DNA of 64,000 nt from Patescibacteria group bacterium (GCA_004297735.1 SCTI01000001.1:115467-179466), one strand, 5' to 3'; shown: positions 22,599 to 33,009, counted from the stretch's first letter. Notes: generated from the letters alone by a model not told the origin. A program made the numbers and translations.

Positions 22599-23807
22599 AT
22601 GAGTTTGTTTGCCAAAAATACGTCGCCACTTGCCGATCGGATGCGCCCCTCGAGCCTTGACGAGGTGGTGGGGCAGGACCATGTGGTCGGCCCCGATGGG
22701 TTGTTGCGACAGATGCTTGAGTCCGGCAAAATTGGCTCGCTTATCTTGTGGGGGCCTCCAGGAACCGGCAAAACAACCTTGGCCCGCATTATGGCGGCTC
22801 ACGAGGGGTACGCTTTTGAGGAGCTTTCGGCGGTAACCTCCGGCCTGCCCGAGGTCCGCAAGGTCATGGAGCGGGCTCGCCAGCGGCAGGCGATGGGGCA
22901 GTCAACCATTCTGTTCGTGGATGAGATCCACCGTTTCAATAAGGCCCAGCAAGATGCTTTTTTGCCGCACATTGAAGACGGCACAATTATTTTAATTGGG
23001 GCCACCACCGAAAACCCATCGTTTGAGGTTATTTCACCACTGCTTTCACGCGCGCGAGTGGTGGTATTAAAGTCGCTAACTAAAGATCAGCTTGAGTTGC
23101 TACTCGACCGCGCCGCCGATAACCTTGAGGGCGCAACCGTCACGCCGGAAGCAGTTGAGTTATTGGCTGAACTGGCGGCGGGAGATGCTAGGGTCGCATT
23201 AGGTGGGCTGGAGGCGGCTGCCACCCTAGAGCCAAAGGTAACGCCTGCTACCGTGCGCAACGCCATGCAAAAAACTAGCTTGCGCTACGACAAGGGTGGG
23301 GAGTTCCATTACAATTTAATATCGGCCTATATTAAATCGATGCGCGGAGGCGCGATTGATGCGGCCTTATTTTACCTAGCTCGCATGTTGGAGGCGGGCG
23401 AGGATCCAAAGTTTATTGCGCGCCGAATTGTCATATTTGCCTCCGAAGACATTGGTCTGGCCGACAACAACATGCTCTTACTGGCAACATCGACTTTTCA
23501 GGCAATTGAGCGAATTGGCATGCCGGAAGGTCGTATTATCTTGAGTCAGGCCACCATCGCTATGTGCCAAGCGCCTAAAAATCGTGACGCTTATAACGCT
23601 ATTGGTGCGGCTAGCCAGGCGGTTCGTCAACATCCTGCCGCCGAGCCACCAGCGCACTTACGCAACGCCCCAACCAAGCTAATGAAGGAGTTGGGGTATG
23701 GCAAAGAAACAAAATGGGAGCCTGGATTTAAGCACCCCAAGGGTTTTATGCCCGAAGGCTTAGATGACCTTACGCTATATTCGCCGGATAACACTAGTAA
23801 GCATTAG
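22599..23807 (+). CDS. rarA: Replication-associated recombination protein A (AAA+ ATPase RarA/MgsA)
   Basis: Walker A LWGPPGTGKTT, FVDEIHRFNK, and the C-terminal MgsA domain. Confidence 0.9.
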   Translation: MSLFAKNTSPLADRMRPSSLDEVVGQDHVVGPDGLLRQMLESGKIGSLILWGPPGTGKTTLARIMAAHEGYAFEELSAVTSGLPEVRKVMERARQRQAMGQSTILFVDEIHRFNKAQQDAFLPHIEDGTIILIGATTENPSFEVISPLLSRARVVVLKSLTKDQLELLLDRAADNLEGATVTPEAVELLAELAAGDARVALGGLEAAATLEPKVTPATVRNAMQKTSLRYDKGGEFHYNLISAYIKSMRGGAIDAALFYLARMLEAGEDPKFIARRIVIFASEDIGLADNNMLLLATSTFQAIERIGMPEGRIILSQATIAMCQAPKNRDAYNAIGAASQAVRQHPAAEPPAHLRNAPTKLMKELGYGKETKWEPGFKHPKGFMPEGLDDLTLYSPDNTSKH

Positions 23808-23830
23808 AGTTTTGAGGTATATTCTGAGGC

Positions 23831-24082
23831 ATGGCTCGAACTATTAAGTCGACAAACACAGAGTACGACAGCGTTTATTTTTTGAAGGTGTTGTTGTATC
23901 TAGTTTTGGCAACAACCTGGCTAGCCCCTTCTGGCCATCGCTATGTACCGGTTGGCCTTATTATTGGTGTGATTATAGTTCAGCACGAACGCTTCCAGAT
24001 TGATCGAAAGATAGAATATGCGGTGATGTTGGTTGGAGCGGTGCTTGGTTTGGTGGGTATTGGTATTACTATTTCGATTTAG
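23831..24082 (+). CDS. Small 2-TM membrane protein, hypothetical
   Basis: ORF track, 83 aa, hydrophobic. Confidence 0.4.
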   Translation: MARTIKSTNTEYDSVYFLKVLLYLVLATTWLAPSGHRYVPVGLIIGVIIVQHERFQIDRKIEYAVMLVGAVLGLVGIGITISI

Positions 24083-24158
24083 CCCCACCTCCTTATTGCC
24101 CTTACGCTTACATCCAGCTACAATAAGTAACAAGTTAAGTGTGAGTTAATTAGCATTC

Positions 24159-26432
24159 ATGGCCCGTCTCCCAACAATAGGAAGCGATAACGGTAATTGG
24201 GGAGCTATCCTCAATGACTACTTGTCTCAAGAACTAAACTCAGATGGCTCCCTTAAGATCCGTACCGATGGCACACTATCCTCAGCTGTAGCTGACGGTT
24301 CCATTACAGCCTCTAAACTCTCACCCACCGTTAACAACTATCTAGCTTCCGCCCAAACTGCTGTACAGAGTGTTAACGGTAAGGCTGGTACCGCTGTAAC
24401 TCTAGCTGCCGCAGATATCTCGGGCGTGGTACCCTCCACTCAGTTAGGAGCAGCCTCCGGCGTAGCCACCTTAGACGGCTCAAGCAAGCTTACTAGTAGT
24501 CAAATACCAGCAACGGTGTCGACAGCGAGTGGTGGCAGTGACGGCCAGATTTCGGTAGTTTCAGGTGGTTTGTTCACGCTCAAGGACCCTTCGGTAATAG
24601 ATATAACAATGCCGCCATACAACGCCGACCCAACCGGCACTACTGATGCTTCAGCAGAGTTTCAGGCTGCAATAAATGCACTTTATTCAGCCGGCGGCGG
24701 CACTATATACGCCCCAACCGGCACGTACTTATTTTCTAATACGCAAATGTCATGGCGGACCAAAGTATCTTTAAGGGGTGATGGACCTGGGCAAACTATT
24801 TTTAAAATGGTTGGCTGGGGAGGGTCATTAATTGAAAAGGGCAATAGCTATGCTTCGCCAATGAAGGATTGTACGTTCTCCGACTTTGAGGTTGATGGCT
24901 CACTTATTGATGGTCGAGTTTGTTCTGCGACAAATGGTTCAGCGACGATTACGAGCGCTGGGCATGGATTGAGCAACGGTGACGCTGTTCGCTGGGCAAG
25001 CGGTCTTGCTCCTACCAACTTCACCGCACTTACAACAGCGTATTATGTTGTCAACAAGACAACCGATACATTCCAGCTGTCGGCGACACTTAACGGTGCG
25101 GCAATTAACGCTGGGTCAACTGGCGGTGCATATAAAACCTTTACGACAGCAAAGGCAATCTATACCACATATAACGTCCGTAACCGTTACGTTAACCTGT
25201 ATGTTCACGACACCACTGCAACCGGCCTGGGAGTCGATTTTCTTGTCGATTGCGCTTTTGACCGGTGCGTTGTCGAAAATGCCGGGCGCGACTCAGGCGG
25301 GAGCCTATTGGGCTCTTCGGGGATTGGCATTGGCACCGGAGCTTGGGATGTCGAAAGCACCACTATTACCGACTGCATAATTCGTAGCAGCGCACGTAAT
25401 GGAATATTTTTCGAAAGGCAGGCCACATTGCCTAACGGTGGAGGGTCGGGCGGAACCCCATATTATAGCCGCGGAGCCATAGTCCATGGTAATACAATCA
25501 TTGCTTGCAAGTATGGTATTGCGGATAACGGAATAGAAGGGGCCCAAATTTGGGGTAATAGGATCGAAGACAGCACCTCCTACGGTTTTTATGTTGGTGC
25601 CGGGAACGCGGGCACAGCAGGGCGCAAGGGTAAGTTTTTTAAGAACATTGTTAAAAACTCTACCAGTTATGGTATTTACCTTGATGCCAGTACGACAACA
25701 TTGTCTGGCTATGAGATCAGTTCGAATGACGTTTATGAAAACGATATTGGAATTAAGGTCGCGTCGTCTGCGGCTGTACCGGAGCTAATTATTACCGATA
25801 ATGATGTTCGCAGTAACGAACGGCAGGGTATGCACGGTGGTGGTTCCGGAGCACTTACCGACGCTACCGTTATTGGCAACAGGTTTTTTAATAACGGCAC
25901 CGTTACCACCAATGCCGGTCTGGAACTAACAATGGACCTAACCCGATGTCGTATAAATCGCAATCGTGCGTTTGACAACCAGGGCGTAAAGACGCAGAGT
26001 ACGGGGGTTATTTTATCGGGCACCAATATTGCTGGGGGTGAGATCATGGATAATGATGTTATAGGTAACTCGGGGACAGGTTTAAGCATCACCAATGATA
26101 CTCAGAGCGGGTGTCTGGTTCGTCGAAATCGAGGCGCAACAACGTATCGCCAGGCTACCGCTACATCAGCGACGATGCGCCTAAACGCCGAAGTGCTTGC
26201 CGTAACCGACACATCGGCATTGCGTACCATTACTCTTCCTGGTGCTTCGGGTTTGCCGGTTGGTTCGCGAATTACGGTAAAGGACGAAAGTAATGCAGCT
26301 GGAACCAACAATATTACAATTCAGCGTGCTGGTTCGGATACGATTGATGGATCGACATCGACTACCATATCGACCAACAGTGGTTCGAAGTCATTTTATA
26401 CCGATGGATCCACTAAGTGGTTTAGCGTCTAA
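24159..26432 (+). CDS. Tailspike/depolymerase-like protein (757 aa): N-terminal module shared with CDS 3871..6837, tail-fibre-like repeat (VNGKAGTAVTLAAADISGV), then a pectate-lyase-3-type right-handed beta-helix
   Basis: PPYNADPTGTTDASAEFQAAINALYSAGGGTIYAPTGTYLF resembles the start of the Pectate_lyase_3 domain. Downstream are multiple parallel beta-helix repeats (IHGNTIIACKYGIADNG, IEDSTSYGFYV, IVKNSTSYGIYLD, ITDNDVRSNE...). Confidence 0.65.
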   Translation: MARLPTIGSDNGNWGAILNDYLSQELNSDGSLKIRTDGTLSSAVADGSITASKLSPTVNNYLASAQTAVQSVNGKAGTAVTLAAADISGVVPSTQLGAASGVATLDGSSKLTSSQIPATVSTASGGSDGQISVVSGGLFTLKDPSVIDITMPPYNADPTGTTDASAEFQAAINALYSAGGGTIYAPTGTYLFSNTQMSWRTKVSLRGDGPGQTIFKMVGWGGSLIEKGNSYASPMKDCTFSDFEVDGSLIDGRVCSATNGSATITSAGHGLSNGDAVRWASGLAPTNFTALTTAYYVVNKTTDTFQLSATLNGAAINAGSTGGAYKTFTTAKAIYTTYNVRNRYVNLYVHDTTATGLGVDFLVDCAFDRCVVENAGRDSGGSLLGSSGIGIGTGAWDVESTTITDCIIRSSARNGIFFERQATLPNGGGSGGTPYYSRGAIVHGNTIIACKYGIADNGIEGAQIWGNRIEDSTSYGFYVGAGNAGTAGRKGKFFKNIVKNSTSYGIYLDASTTTLSGYEISSNDVYENDIGIKVASSAAVPELIITDNDVRSNERQGMHGGGSGALTDATVIGNRFFNNGTVTTNAGLELTMDLTRCRINRNRAFDNQGVKTQSTGVILSGTNIAGGEIMDNDVIGNSGTGLSITNDTQSGCLVRRNRGATTYRQATATSATMRLNAEVLAVTDTSALRTITLPGASGLPVGSRITVKDESNAAGTNNITIQRAGSDTIDGSTSTTISTNSGSKSFYTDGSTKWFSV

Positions 26433-26450
26433 CAATACAAACGTTACCTG

Positions 26451-26480
26451 TTGACACCTGATGGTTTTTACTGATATAGT
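26451..26480 (+). promoter_or_regulatory. Sigma70-like promoter re-initiating the S10/spc block (TTGACA -18- TATAGT)
   Basis: ttgaca at 26451-26456 and tatagt at 26475-26480. A roughly 110-nt leader follows before rplC. Confidence 0.45.
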
Positions 26481-26592
26481 TGTCGGGTAACTTTAGCTCA
26501 ATGTATTGGGAGCTATCCGCTAGGAGATGAGCAGGTCTGCACTTAGCAGAAACCGTTCAGATCCTAGAATTATTTTTTGTTTAAGGAACGTA

Positions 26593-27240
26593 ATGAAAGC
26601 ACTGCTTGGCCGAAAACTTGGTATGACTCAACTGTTTGATGAAAACGGTACGGTTTCGCGTGTCACCATCGTGGAGACTGGCCCTTGCGTGATTACTCAA
26701 GTAAAAACCGGTGCTCGTGATGGCTACAGCGCAGTACAGCTTGGCTTTGGTAGTGACAAGCATCCATCCAAGCCGTTAGCCGGCCACGCTAGCGTTGACG
26801 GTATTACTCCTAAGCACTTTAGAGAGGTTCGCATGGACCAAGACGTAGCCGACATCGAGGCGGTGGAAGGTGACGAAGCCAAGACTCAGGTTAAGGTTGG
26901 TGCCAAGTTGGACGTGACTACCTTTGAGGTCGGAGATGCGGTAGAGGTAACCGGCACCAGCAAGGGCAAGGGATTTGCCGGCACCATTAAGCGTCACAAC
27001 TTTCACCGCGGGCCAATGAGTCACGGTTCGCACAACCACCGCGCACCGGGTTCGATTGGGGCGATGTACCCACAGCACGTATTTAAGGGCATTAAGATGG
27101 CCGGCCAGATGGGTGGCGACAAGGTGACAACCAAGGGTCTTAAGATCGTCCAGGTTGACGCCGAAAACAACCTGCTGGCAATTAGCGGCGCAATCCCCGG
27201 TCCGCGCAAGGGCATCGTAATGATTCGAGGAGCCAAGTAA
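26593..27240 (+). CDS. rplC: 50S ribosomal protein L3
   Basis: MKALLGRKLGMTQLFDENG...; start moved to ATG 26593 (AAGGA RBS) from the track start 26527. Confidence 0.95.
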   Translation: MKALLGRKLGMTQLFDENGTVSRVTIVETGPCVITQVKTGARDGYSAVQLGFGSDKHPSKPLAGHASVDGITPKHFREVRMDQDVADIEAVEGDEAKTQVKVGAKLDVTTFEVGDAVEVTGTSKGKGFAGTIKRHNFHRGPMSHGSHNHRAPGSIGAMYPQHVFKGIKMAGQMGGDKVTTKGLKIVQVDAENNLLAISGAIPGPRKGIVMIRGAK

Positions 27241-27878
27241 TGGCACAAGCGGTATTATATTCAAAAACCGGCTCCAAAAAGGAGACCCCAGTTAAGCTGA
27301 GCGCAAAGGTGTTTGGCGCCGAAGTTAACCACGACTTGGTTGATCTGGCTTATCGCGCCTACCTGGCTAACGGCCGCACCGGCTCCGCTCAAACCCTGAG
27401 CCGCGGCATGGTTCGTGGTGGTGGCCGCAAGCCTTGGCGCCAGAAGGGAACCGGGCGAGCTCGCGCCGGCTCAACCCGCCTGCCGCATTGGACCGGCGGT
27501 GGAGTGGCTTTTGGTCCAACCGGTAACGAAAACTACCGCATTGATCTGCCAGTTAAGGCTAAGCGTTCGGCGATTCGTCAGGCACTAAGTTTGGCGGCTA
27601 AGGCTAAAAAGGTGTCGGTAATTGAGGCGTTTGACGGTGGCGATGGTAAGGCTAAGCCGACCGCTGCACTGCTTGATAAGCTTGGTCTAGAAGGAAGAGT
27701 GGTCCTGGTTGTCGCCAATAAGACCGAAGTTATTGATCGAGCTACTCGCAACCTGCCGGGTCTTACAGTAGTAACCGCAACCTACTTAAACGTGTTTACC
27801 ATTGTTAACGCCGACCACGTACTAATGACCAGCGAGGCCGAGCAGGCGGTAACCAAATGGCTGGAGGGCGCAGCATGA
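27240..27878 (+). CDS. rplD: 50S ribosomal protein L4
   Basis: 212 aa with the L4 signature. Confidence 0.95.
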   Translation: MAQAVLYSKTGSKKETPVKLSAKVFGAEVNHDLVDLAYRAYLANGRTGSAQTLSRGMVRGGGRKPWRQKGTGRARAGSTRLPHWTGGGVAFGPTGNENYRIDLPVKAKRSAIRQALSLAAKAKKVSVIEAFDGGDGKAKPTAALLDKLGLEGRVVLVVANKTEVIDRATRNLPGLTVVTATYLNVFTIVNADHVLMTSEAEQAVTKWLEGAA

Positions 27879-28165
27879 GTCAGGTAGTTCTTATCCCTCA
27901 TATCAGCGAAAAGGCAATTGCCCTGGCCGATACCGGCACCTATGTGTTCCAGGTACCGACCAGCTCAAACAAGATTGAGATTGCTAAAACGGTGGAGCAG
28001 ACCTTTAAGGTTAAGGTGGTCAAAGTAACCACCATGATTACTAAGGGCAAGCAAGTTTCTCGTCGCTATGGCAAGCATGCTGGTAGTCGCAAGGAGGTTA
28101 AGAAGGCTTTAGTTACCCTTAAAAAGGGCGACAGCATTAAGCTGTTCGAAGAGGGGGCTAAGTAA
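27875..28165 (+). CDS. rplW: 50S ribosomal protein L23
   Basis: Start set at ATG 27875 (GGAGGG RBS), overlapping the rplD stop (ATGA). Confidence 0.9.
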   Translation: MSQVVLIPHISEKAIALADTGTYVFQVPTSSNKIEIAKTVEQTFKVKVVKVTTMITKGKQVSRRYGKHAGSRKEVKKALVTLKKGDSIKLFEEGAK

Positions 28166-29007
28166 TGGCAGTTCGTTTATATAAGCCAACCACTCCAGCT
28201 CGCCGTGGCATGACCACCGCCGATACCGCTGCTTTAACCAAAAAGAAGCCAGAAAAATACCTGCTGGTTGCTCGCACCGCTCGGGCCGGGCGCAACAACC
28301 AAGGTAAGATCACCATTCGCCACCGAGGTGGAGCGGTTAAGCGCCACTACCGACTGGTTGATTTTGCGATCGAGCCTGGTTTTAAGGGTAAGATTGTTGC
28401 TCTCGAATATGATCCAAACCGTACCGCTCACCTGGCGCTGGTTGAGCTCGAAAAGGGCGGCAAGGCTTACATTTTAGCTGGTAGCGGCATGAAGGTTGGC
28501 CAAATTGTAGAAAGCGGCGCCGAATCGGAGATTCGTCGTGGCAACCGGTTGCCTTTGGCTAAAATTCCTCTAGGTACTCAGATTTATAACGTCGAGTTGG
28601 TACTCGGTAAGGGTGGTCAGTTAGCCCGCAGCGCTGGCACCAAGGCCTATTTGGTGGCTAAAGAGGGTGAGTTCTGTCAGGTCCGTTTGCCGAGCGGCGA
28701 GGTTCGCCTGGTTCACCAAAATTGCATGGCCACCATTGGAGTGGTCGGCAATGAAGCTCACCAAAACATTAAATATGGTAGCGCTGGCCGCCGCCGCCGC
28801 TTAGGGTGGCGACCTCAGGTTCGTGGTAAGGCTATGAACCCAGTGGATCACCCACACGGTGGTGGTGAGGGTGGTACCTCAACCGCTATTCATAAGTACG
28901 GTCAAAAGACTCCATGGGGCAAGCCAGCTCTAGGTCTTAAGACGCGCCGTCGTAAGCTAACCGATGCCATGATTGTGCGCGGTCGCAAGAAGGGAAGGAG
29001 ACGCTAA
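28165..29007 (+). CDS. rplB: 50S ribosomal protein L2
   Basis: 280 aa with the L2 signature. Confidence 0.97.
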   Translation: MAVRLYKPTTPARRGMTTADTAALTKKKPEKYLLVARTARAGRNNQGKITIRHRGGAVKRHYRLVDFAIEPGFKGKIVALEYDPNRTAHLALVELEKGGKAYILAGSGMKVGQIVESGAESEIRRGNRLPLAKIPLGTQIYNVELVLGKGGQLARSAGTKAYLVAKEGEFCQVRLPSGEVRLVHQNCMATIGVVGNEAHQNIKYGSAGRRRRLGWRPQVRGKAMNPVDHPHGGGEGGTSTAIHKYGQKTPWGKPALGLKTRRRKLTDAMIVRGRKKGRRR

Positions 29008-29283
29008 ATGAGTCGTTCACTTAAAAAAGGTCCATTTGTGGACGAAAAGTTGATGAGCAAGGTGGCCAAGCTCGGTCCCAACGATAAGACTGTGATTAAG
29101 ACCTGGGCACGCTCAAGCACTATTACCCCAGAAATGGTAGGCTTTACCTTTGCTGTGCACAATGGCAAGCAGCACACCCCAGTGTTTGTAAGTGAAAACA
29201 TGGTAGGCCACAAGCTGGGAGAGTTTTCTCCTACCCGTAAGTTCCGTGGTCACGGCGGTAAGCTAGCTAAAGGTGGCAAATAA
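29008..29283 (+). CDS. rpsS: 30S ribosomal protein S19
   Basis: 91 aa. Confidence 0.97.
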   Translation: MSRSLKKGPFVDEKLMSKVAKLGPNDKTVIKTWARSSTITPEMVGFTFAVHNGKQHTPVFVSENMVGHKLGEFSPTRKFRGHGGKLAKGGK

Positions 29284-29666
29284 TGAACGTTAAAGCTACA
29301 GCTAAGTACGTTCGTACCTCGCCCCGCAAGGTTGGACTGGTTGCGGCTCTGATTCGTGGCCGAAAAGCTCAGGAGGCAATGACTGTTTTGGCTAACACTC
29401 AAAAGGGTGCTGCCGATCCAGTTGGCAAGGTACTAAAGAGCGCAATTGCTAACGCCGAGAACAACCACAAGTTGTCATCTAGCGATCTGTTGATTGAATC
29501 GGTATTGGTGGGTCCAGCCGCTACGCTTAAGCGATTCCGCCCGCGAGCTCGTGGTCGGGCAGCGGCTATCCGCAAGCGCAGCAGCCACATTACCGTGGTG
29601 CTAACCGATGCCAAGGCTGCAGCTAAGCCAGCCGCCAAAACAACCGCCAAGAAGGAGGCCAAGTAA
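29283..29666 (+). CDS. rplV: 50S ribosomal protein L22
   Basis: 127 aa. Confidence 0.95.
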   Translation: MNVKATAKYVRTSPRKVGLVAALIRGRKAQEAMTVLANTQKGAADPVGKVLKSAIANAENNHKLSSSDLLIESVLVGPAATLKRFRPRARGRAAAIRKRSSHITVVLTDAKAAAKPAAKTTAKKEAK

Positions 29667-30292
29667 TGGGTCAGAAAGTAAATCCGCGCAGTCTGCGCCT
29701 ACAGCTAGATAAGGATTGGTCTTCAAAGTGGTTTGCCTCTAAGGATTACGCCGATCGCCTGATCGAAGATGTCAACTTGCGCCGAGCTGTTGCCAAAAAG
29801 CTATCGCGTCGCGCCGGTGTGGCCCGAGTTGATATTGAGCGTTCAGCCAACCAAGTAACGGTGACCATCTACACCGCTAAGCCGGGTGTGGTGATCGGTC
29901 GCGGAGGTAGCGGTGCCGAAGAGCTTAAGAAAGAGCTCAACAAGCTAATTGGCGCACCGGTTAAGGTCAGCATTGAAGAAATTAAGCGACCAGAGACCAA
30001 TGCTAAGTTGGTAGCCGAAAACATTGCCGGTCAGCTAGAGCGCCGTATTTCGTTCCGTCGCGCCATGAAGATGGCGGTTGAAAACGCCATGAAATCGGGC
30101 GCTAAGGGCGCCAAGGTGATGGTAGCCGGTCGACTGAACGGGGCCGAGATGGGTCGCCGCGAAAAGGTAGCTCAGGGATCGATCCCGTTGCACACTTTGC
30201 GTGCCGATATTGATTACGCTCACGCTGAAGCCCGCACCACCTACGGTGTTATCGGGGTAAAGGTTTGGGTCCATAAAGGGACGAAGTTTTAG
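29666..30292 (+). CDS. rpsC: 30S ribosomal protein S3
   Basis: 208 aa with a KH domain. Confidence 0.97.
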   Translation: MGQKVNPRSLRLQLDKDWSSKWFASKDYADRLIEDVNLRRAVAKKLSRRAGVARVDIERSANQVTVTIYTAKPGVVIGRGGSGAEELKKELNKLIGAPVKVSIEEIKRPETNAKLVAENIAGQLERRISFRRAMKMAVENAMKSGAKGAKVMVAGRLNGAEMGRREKVAQGSIPLHTLRADIDYAHAEARTTYGVIGVKVWVHKGTKF

Positions 30293-30301
30293 AGGTTTAT
30301 T

Positions 30302-30733
30302 ATGTTGATGCCACGTAAGACAAAATATCGAAAGCAGTTCAAGGGTCGCATCCCCAAGGGTGTGGCTACCCGCGGTACCGAATTGAGCTTTGGCCAGTTT
30401 GGCCTCAAGGCCGAAGCAACCGAGCGGATTACCTCGCGCCAGATTGAGGCTGCTCGACGCGCAATGACTCGCCACATTAAGCGTGGTGGTAAGGTTTGGA
30501 TCCGGATTTTCCCTGATCTACCGGTTACCCGCAAGCCGGCTGAGGTTAGCATGGGTAGCGGTAAGGGAGCCATTGACCACTACGTTGCTAGGGTTCGTCC
30601 TGGCCGAGTGTTGTTTGAGATGGATGGCGTTAGCGAGGAGCTGGCTCGAGAGGCGATGCGCCTAGCTGGTCGCAAGCTGCCAATTAAAACCAAGTTTATC
30701 AGTCGCCAAAGCGCGTCGGAGGCAGGTGAATAA
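30302..30733 (+). CDS. rplP: 50S ribosomal protein L16
   Basis: 143 aa. Confidence 0.97.
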   Translation: MLMPRKTKYRKQFKGRIPKGVATRGTELSFGQFGLKAEATERITSRQIEAARRAMTRHIKRGGKVWIRIFPDLPVTRKPAEVSMGSGKGAIDHYVARVRPGRVLFEMDGVSEELAREAMRLAGRKLPIKTKFISRQSASEAGE

Positions 30734-30945
30734 TGAAGTATAAAGATTTAACCGCAAAAAGCGATAAAGAGTTGCAGAATTTGCTGCAAGATACCCGTAA
30801 GGAGTTAGCTCAGGCCGCTCAGGACCTGAGAGTTAAGCAGGTGTCTAACGTAAAGCAGATCCGAGCTCATAAAAAGACTGTGGCCAGAGTTTTGACTCTG
30901 CAACAGCAGCGCTTATTGCAGCACAAGGAGGAAGCACATGGCTAG
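30733..30945 (+). CDS. rpmC: 50S ribosomal protein L29
   Basis: 70 aa. Confidence 0.9.
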   Translation: MKYKDLTAKSDKELQNLLQDTRKELAQAAQDLRVKQVSNVKQIRAHKKTVARVLTLQQQRLLQHKEEAHG

Positions 30946-31189
30946 AACACTGCGAGGAACGGTTTCCTCTAATGCAATGGATAAAACGGTAGTCGTAACC
31001 GTTGAGCGGGTTAAGGAGCATCCTATTTACCGCAAGAAGTACACCGTAACCACTAAATTTAAGGCTCATGATGAAAAAAATGAGTGCCAGGTTGGTGATG
31101 TGGTCGAGATTGTTGAAACCAAGCCAATCAGCCGTGACAAGCGCTGGCAGGTTAACAGCCGGCTCGAAAAGGCTGGAGGTGCCGCATGA
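30938..31189 (+). CDS. rpsQ: 30S ribosomal protein S17
   Basis: 83 aa. Confidence 0.95.
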   Translation: MARTLRGTVSSNAMDKTVVVTVERVKEHPIYRKKYTVTTKFKAHDEKNECQVGDVVEIVETKPISRDKRWQVNSRLEKAGGAA

Positions 31190-31554
31190 TTCAAGCTGAA
31201 ACTCGCATGAAGGTAGCCGACAACAGCGGCGCCCGCGAGGTGTTGTGCATCAAGGTGCTGGGCGGTTCTCGCCGTCGGTACGCTGGTGTCGGTGATGTGG
31301 TTACCTGTAGCGTCAAAAGCGCCACGCCTAATGGCGGCGTCAAGAAAAAAGAGGTGGTACAGGCGGTAGTGGTTCGCACCACCAAACCAACTCGTCGACC
31401 AGACGGCTCGCAGATTCGCTTTGATGATAACGCTGTAGTGATTATCAACAAGGACAAGCAGCCACGGGCCACTCGCGTTTTTGGACCAATCGCTCGCGAG
31501 CTGCGCGAAGCCGGCTTTATGAAGATCATTTCGCTGGCTCCGGAGGTGCTCTAA
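31186..31554 (+). CDS. rplN: 50S ribosomal protein L14
   Basis: 122 aa. Confidence 0.97.
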   Translation: MIQAETRMKVADNSGAREVLCIKVLGGSRRRYAGVGDVVTCSVKSATPNGGVKKKEVVQAVVVRTTKPTRRPDGSQIRFDDNAVVIINKDKQPRATRVFGPIARELREAGFMKIISLAPEVL

Positions 31555-31874
31555 TGAAGATCCAGAAGAACGATCAGATTATGGTGCTAGCCGGTAAGGA
31601 TAAGGGTAAAACGGGTAAGGTGACTGCGGTTTATCCGGCCAAGGACAGTGTTTTGGTCGAAGGCATTAATGTGGTTAAGCGCCACACCAAGCCATCCAGC
31701 AAGAACCCGCAAGGCGGTATTCTGGAGATTGCTAAGCCAATCGCCGCTTCAAAAGTGATGGTGATTGATCCAACTAGCGGTATTCCAAGTCGAGTAAGTT
31801 ACACCAAGACAAAAGACGGCAAAAAGGAGCGGGCATTCAAACCCTCTCGTTACGCCAAGGTTAAGAAGGCATAG
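31554..31874 (+). CDS. rplX: 50S ribosomal protein L24
   Basis: 106 aa with a KOW motif. Confidence 0.95.
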   Translation: MKIQKNDQIMVLAGKDKGKTGKVTAVYPAKDSVLVEGINVVKRHTKPSSKNPQGGILEIAKPIAASKVMVIDPTSGIPSRVSYTKTKDGKKERAFKPSRYAKVKKA

Positions 31875-31876
31875 TC

Positions 31877-32422
31877 ATGAGTAGACTAAGAGATAAGTAT
31901 TACAATCAGGTACGCCCAGAGCTGGCTAAGCAGGCTGAGTACACCAATCCCCACCAGATTCCGAAAATTGAAAAGGTGGTGGTTAACGCTGGTGTCGGTC
32001 GAGCGGTTAGTGACAGTAAGCAGTTGGAGCTGGTTGGCAGCACCTTGATCAAGGTTACCGGCCAGGCCCCGGTTCAAACTGTAGCCAAAAACTCAATCGC
32101 TGGCTTTAAGCTTCGCGATGGCAACAAGATTGGCACCATGGTGACTTTGCGCGGCGAACGAATGTATGAGTTTTTGGACCGAGTGGTCGCAATCGTGCTG
32201 CCACGAATTCGAGATTTTCGAGGTATTTCTGACACCGCTTTTGACGGTCAGGGTAACTACAGTATTGGTTTGCGCGAGCAGTCGGTATTCCCAGAGCTGA
32301 CCTTCGAAGAGACCCAGGCGACTCATGGTTTACAGATTAACATTATTACTTCTGCCCAAACCCCGGCAGAAAGTAAGCAACTGCTAACATTAATGGGGTT
32401 CCCATTTAGGAGGAAGAACTAA
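31877..32422 (+). CDS. rplE: 50S ribosomal protein L5
   Basis: 181 aa. Confidence 0.97.
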   Translation: MSRLRDKYYNQVRPELAKQAEYTNPHQIPKIEKVVVNAGVGRAVSDSKQLELVGSTLIKVTGQAPVQTVAKNSIAGFKLRDGNKIGTMVTLRGERMYEFLDRVVAIVLPRIRDFRGISDTAFDGQGNYSIGLREQSVFPELTFEETQATHGLQINIITSAQTPAESKQLLTLMGFPFRRKN

Positions 32423-32607
32423 TGGCGCGAAAAGCACTGGTAGTAAAGGCTCAGCGAAAGCCAAAGTACTCAACTCGCCAGGTAAATCGCTGCAAGTTAT
32501 GTGGTCGACCTCGTGGGTATATTCGCCAGTTTGGCATGTGTCGTATTTGTTTCCGCGAACATGCTAGCCGCGGGCAAATCCCTGGCATAACCAAGGCCAG
32601 TTGGTAA
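32422..32607 (+). CDS. rpsZ: 30S ribosomal protein S14 type Z (zinc-binding, 61 aa)
   Basis: [23 protein letters not shown] zinc ribbon. Confidence 0.95.
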   Translation: MARKALVVKAQRKPKYSTRQVNRCKLCGRPRGYIRQFGMCRICFREHASRGQIPGITKASW

Positions 32608-32615
32608 GGAGAGAG

Positions 32616-33008
32616 ATGATGACAGATCCAATAGCAGACATGTTAACCCGAATTCGCAACGCCGTAGCTGCTTCACGCAGCCACGTGGTGTTGCCGCATT
32701 CCAAAATCAAGGAGGGTATTGCCCAGATCTTGAAGGACAACAACTTTGTGGCCGACTACAAGGTTGAGGACAGCAAGGGCTTTAAGACCATCTCAATTAC
32801 GCTTGCCAAGGACAACCAGTCGGTTGCAATTAGCAACCTGCAGCGAGTGTCTAAGCCAGGACGACGCGTTTACACTAGCAGCCAGGACATTCCCTTGGTG
32901 CTTGGTGGACGCGGAATGGTTATCCTGTCGACCCCTGGTGGGCTGATGACCGGCCGAGAGGCTCGCAAGCAAGGCCTTGGTGGTGAATTAATCTGTAAGG
33001 TGTGGTAA
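32616..33008 (+). CDS. rpsH: 30S ribosomal protein S8
   Basis: MMTDPIADMLTRIRNA...; start at ATG 32616 after an AAGGAGAG RBS. The track start 32601 is a TTG inside the RBS. Confidence 0.93.
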   Translation: MMTDPIADMLTRIRNAVAASRSHVVLPHSKIKEGIAQILKDNNFVADYKVEDSKGFKTISITLAKDNQSVAISNLQRVSKPGRRVYTSSQDIPLVLGGRGMVILSTPGGLMTGREARKQGLGGELICKVW

Positions 33009-33009
33009 G

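Noticed and set aside
26527-26592. Upstream start of rplC (track ORF MSRSALSRNRSDP...)
   Set aside because: The conserved L3 N-terminus MKALLGRKLGMTQ begins at ATG 26593 with an AAGGA RBS. The upstream frame lies in the leader.
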